Of a DNA stretch of 64,000 nt, positions 63,803 to 64,000 are shown in pieces. Every line of letters begins with the position of its first letter. Position 1 is the first letter of the stretch. The notes under the pieces are model-generated. The model worked only from the letters and a program-made list of their open reading frames with translations, was not told the origin of the DNA and ran no database searches. Source of the DNA: Phoronis australis (lineage: Eukaryota; Animalia; Phoronida); contig NMRA01000411.1 of NCBI GenBank assembly GCA_002633005.1, positions 291,083 through 355,082 of the forward strand, in the 5' to 3' direction. The translations under genes were made by a program, and so were the position numbers.

Positions 63803-64000
63803 GTAAGTACTGAAGCCGGACCTATTTGTGACCATAGACATCTGTGGCATTGTGTATTTTGAGACGTTCTGCCCCATCGTGAATATGTAAAGGAAAGGCC
63901 ACTTTGACCATTTTAGAATATTTTGCATTTGCGATTAACGGATTTCTCGGCCTTCGAAACACGTTCTTCTTGTTTTAAGTAAGCTTTTGTTCAGAGAAAT

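Overview
AT-rich, intron-rich animal (probably marine invertebrate) genomic DNA from a draft assembly, with two N-gaps and two single-N joins. Nothing prokaryotic is present, and almost all entries in the supplied ORF track are noise. By reading splice sites by hand I reconstructed two complete divergently transcribed genes. (1) TMEM145 (GOST/GpcrRhopsn4 7-TM family) on the minus strand has 12 coding exons from 47124 to 25922, about 491 aa. (2) A lachesin-like protein on the plus strand has 7 coding exons from 51798 to 59091, 392 aa, with a signal peptide, three Ig domains and a GPI-type tail. The first ~23 kb has no recognisable CDS, but its strand composition and splice signals suggest a third, unidentified plus-strand transcript. 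A likely first exon of a further gene lies at the right edge. The most notable non-coding elements are: two direct-repeat-flanked palindromic insertions carrying a minimal C3U-variant hammerhead-ribozyme-like motif (Penelope-like or retrozyme-like); a TTAA-flanked Kolobok-type MITE family with an embedded tRNA-like cassette; and a decayed THAP domain. Several other MITEs and minisatellites are present, plus two tandem duplications that look like assembly artefacts. All coordinates and alignments were done by eye; no database search was run.
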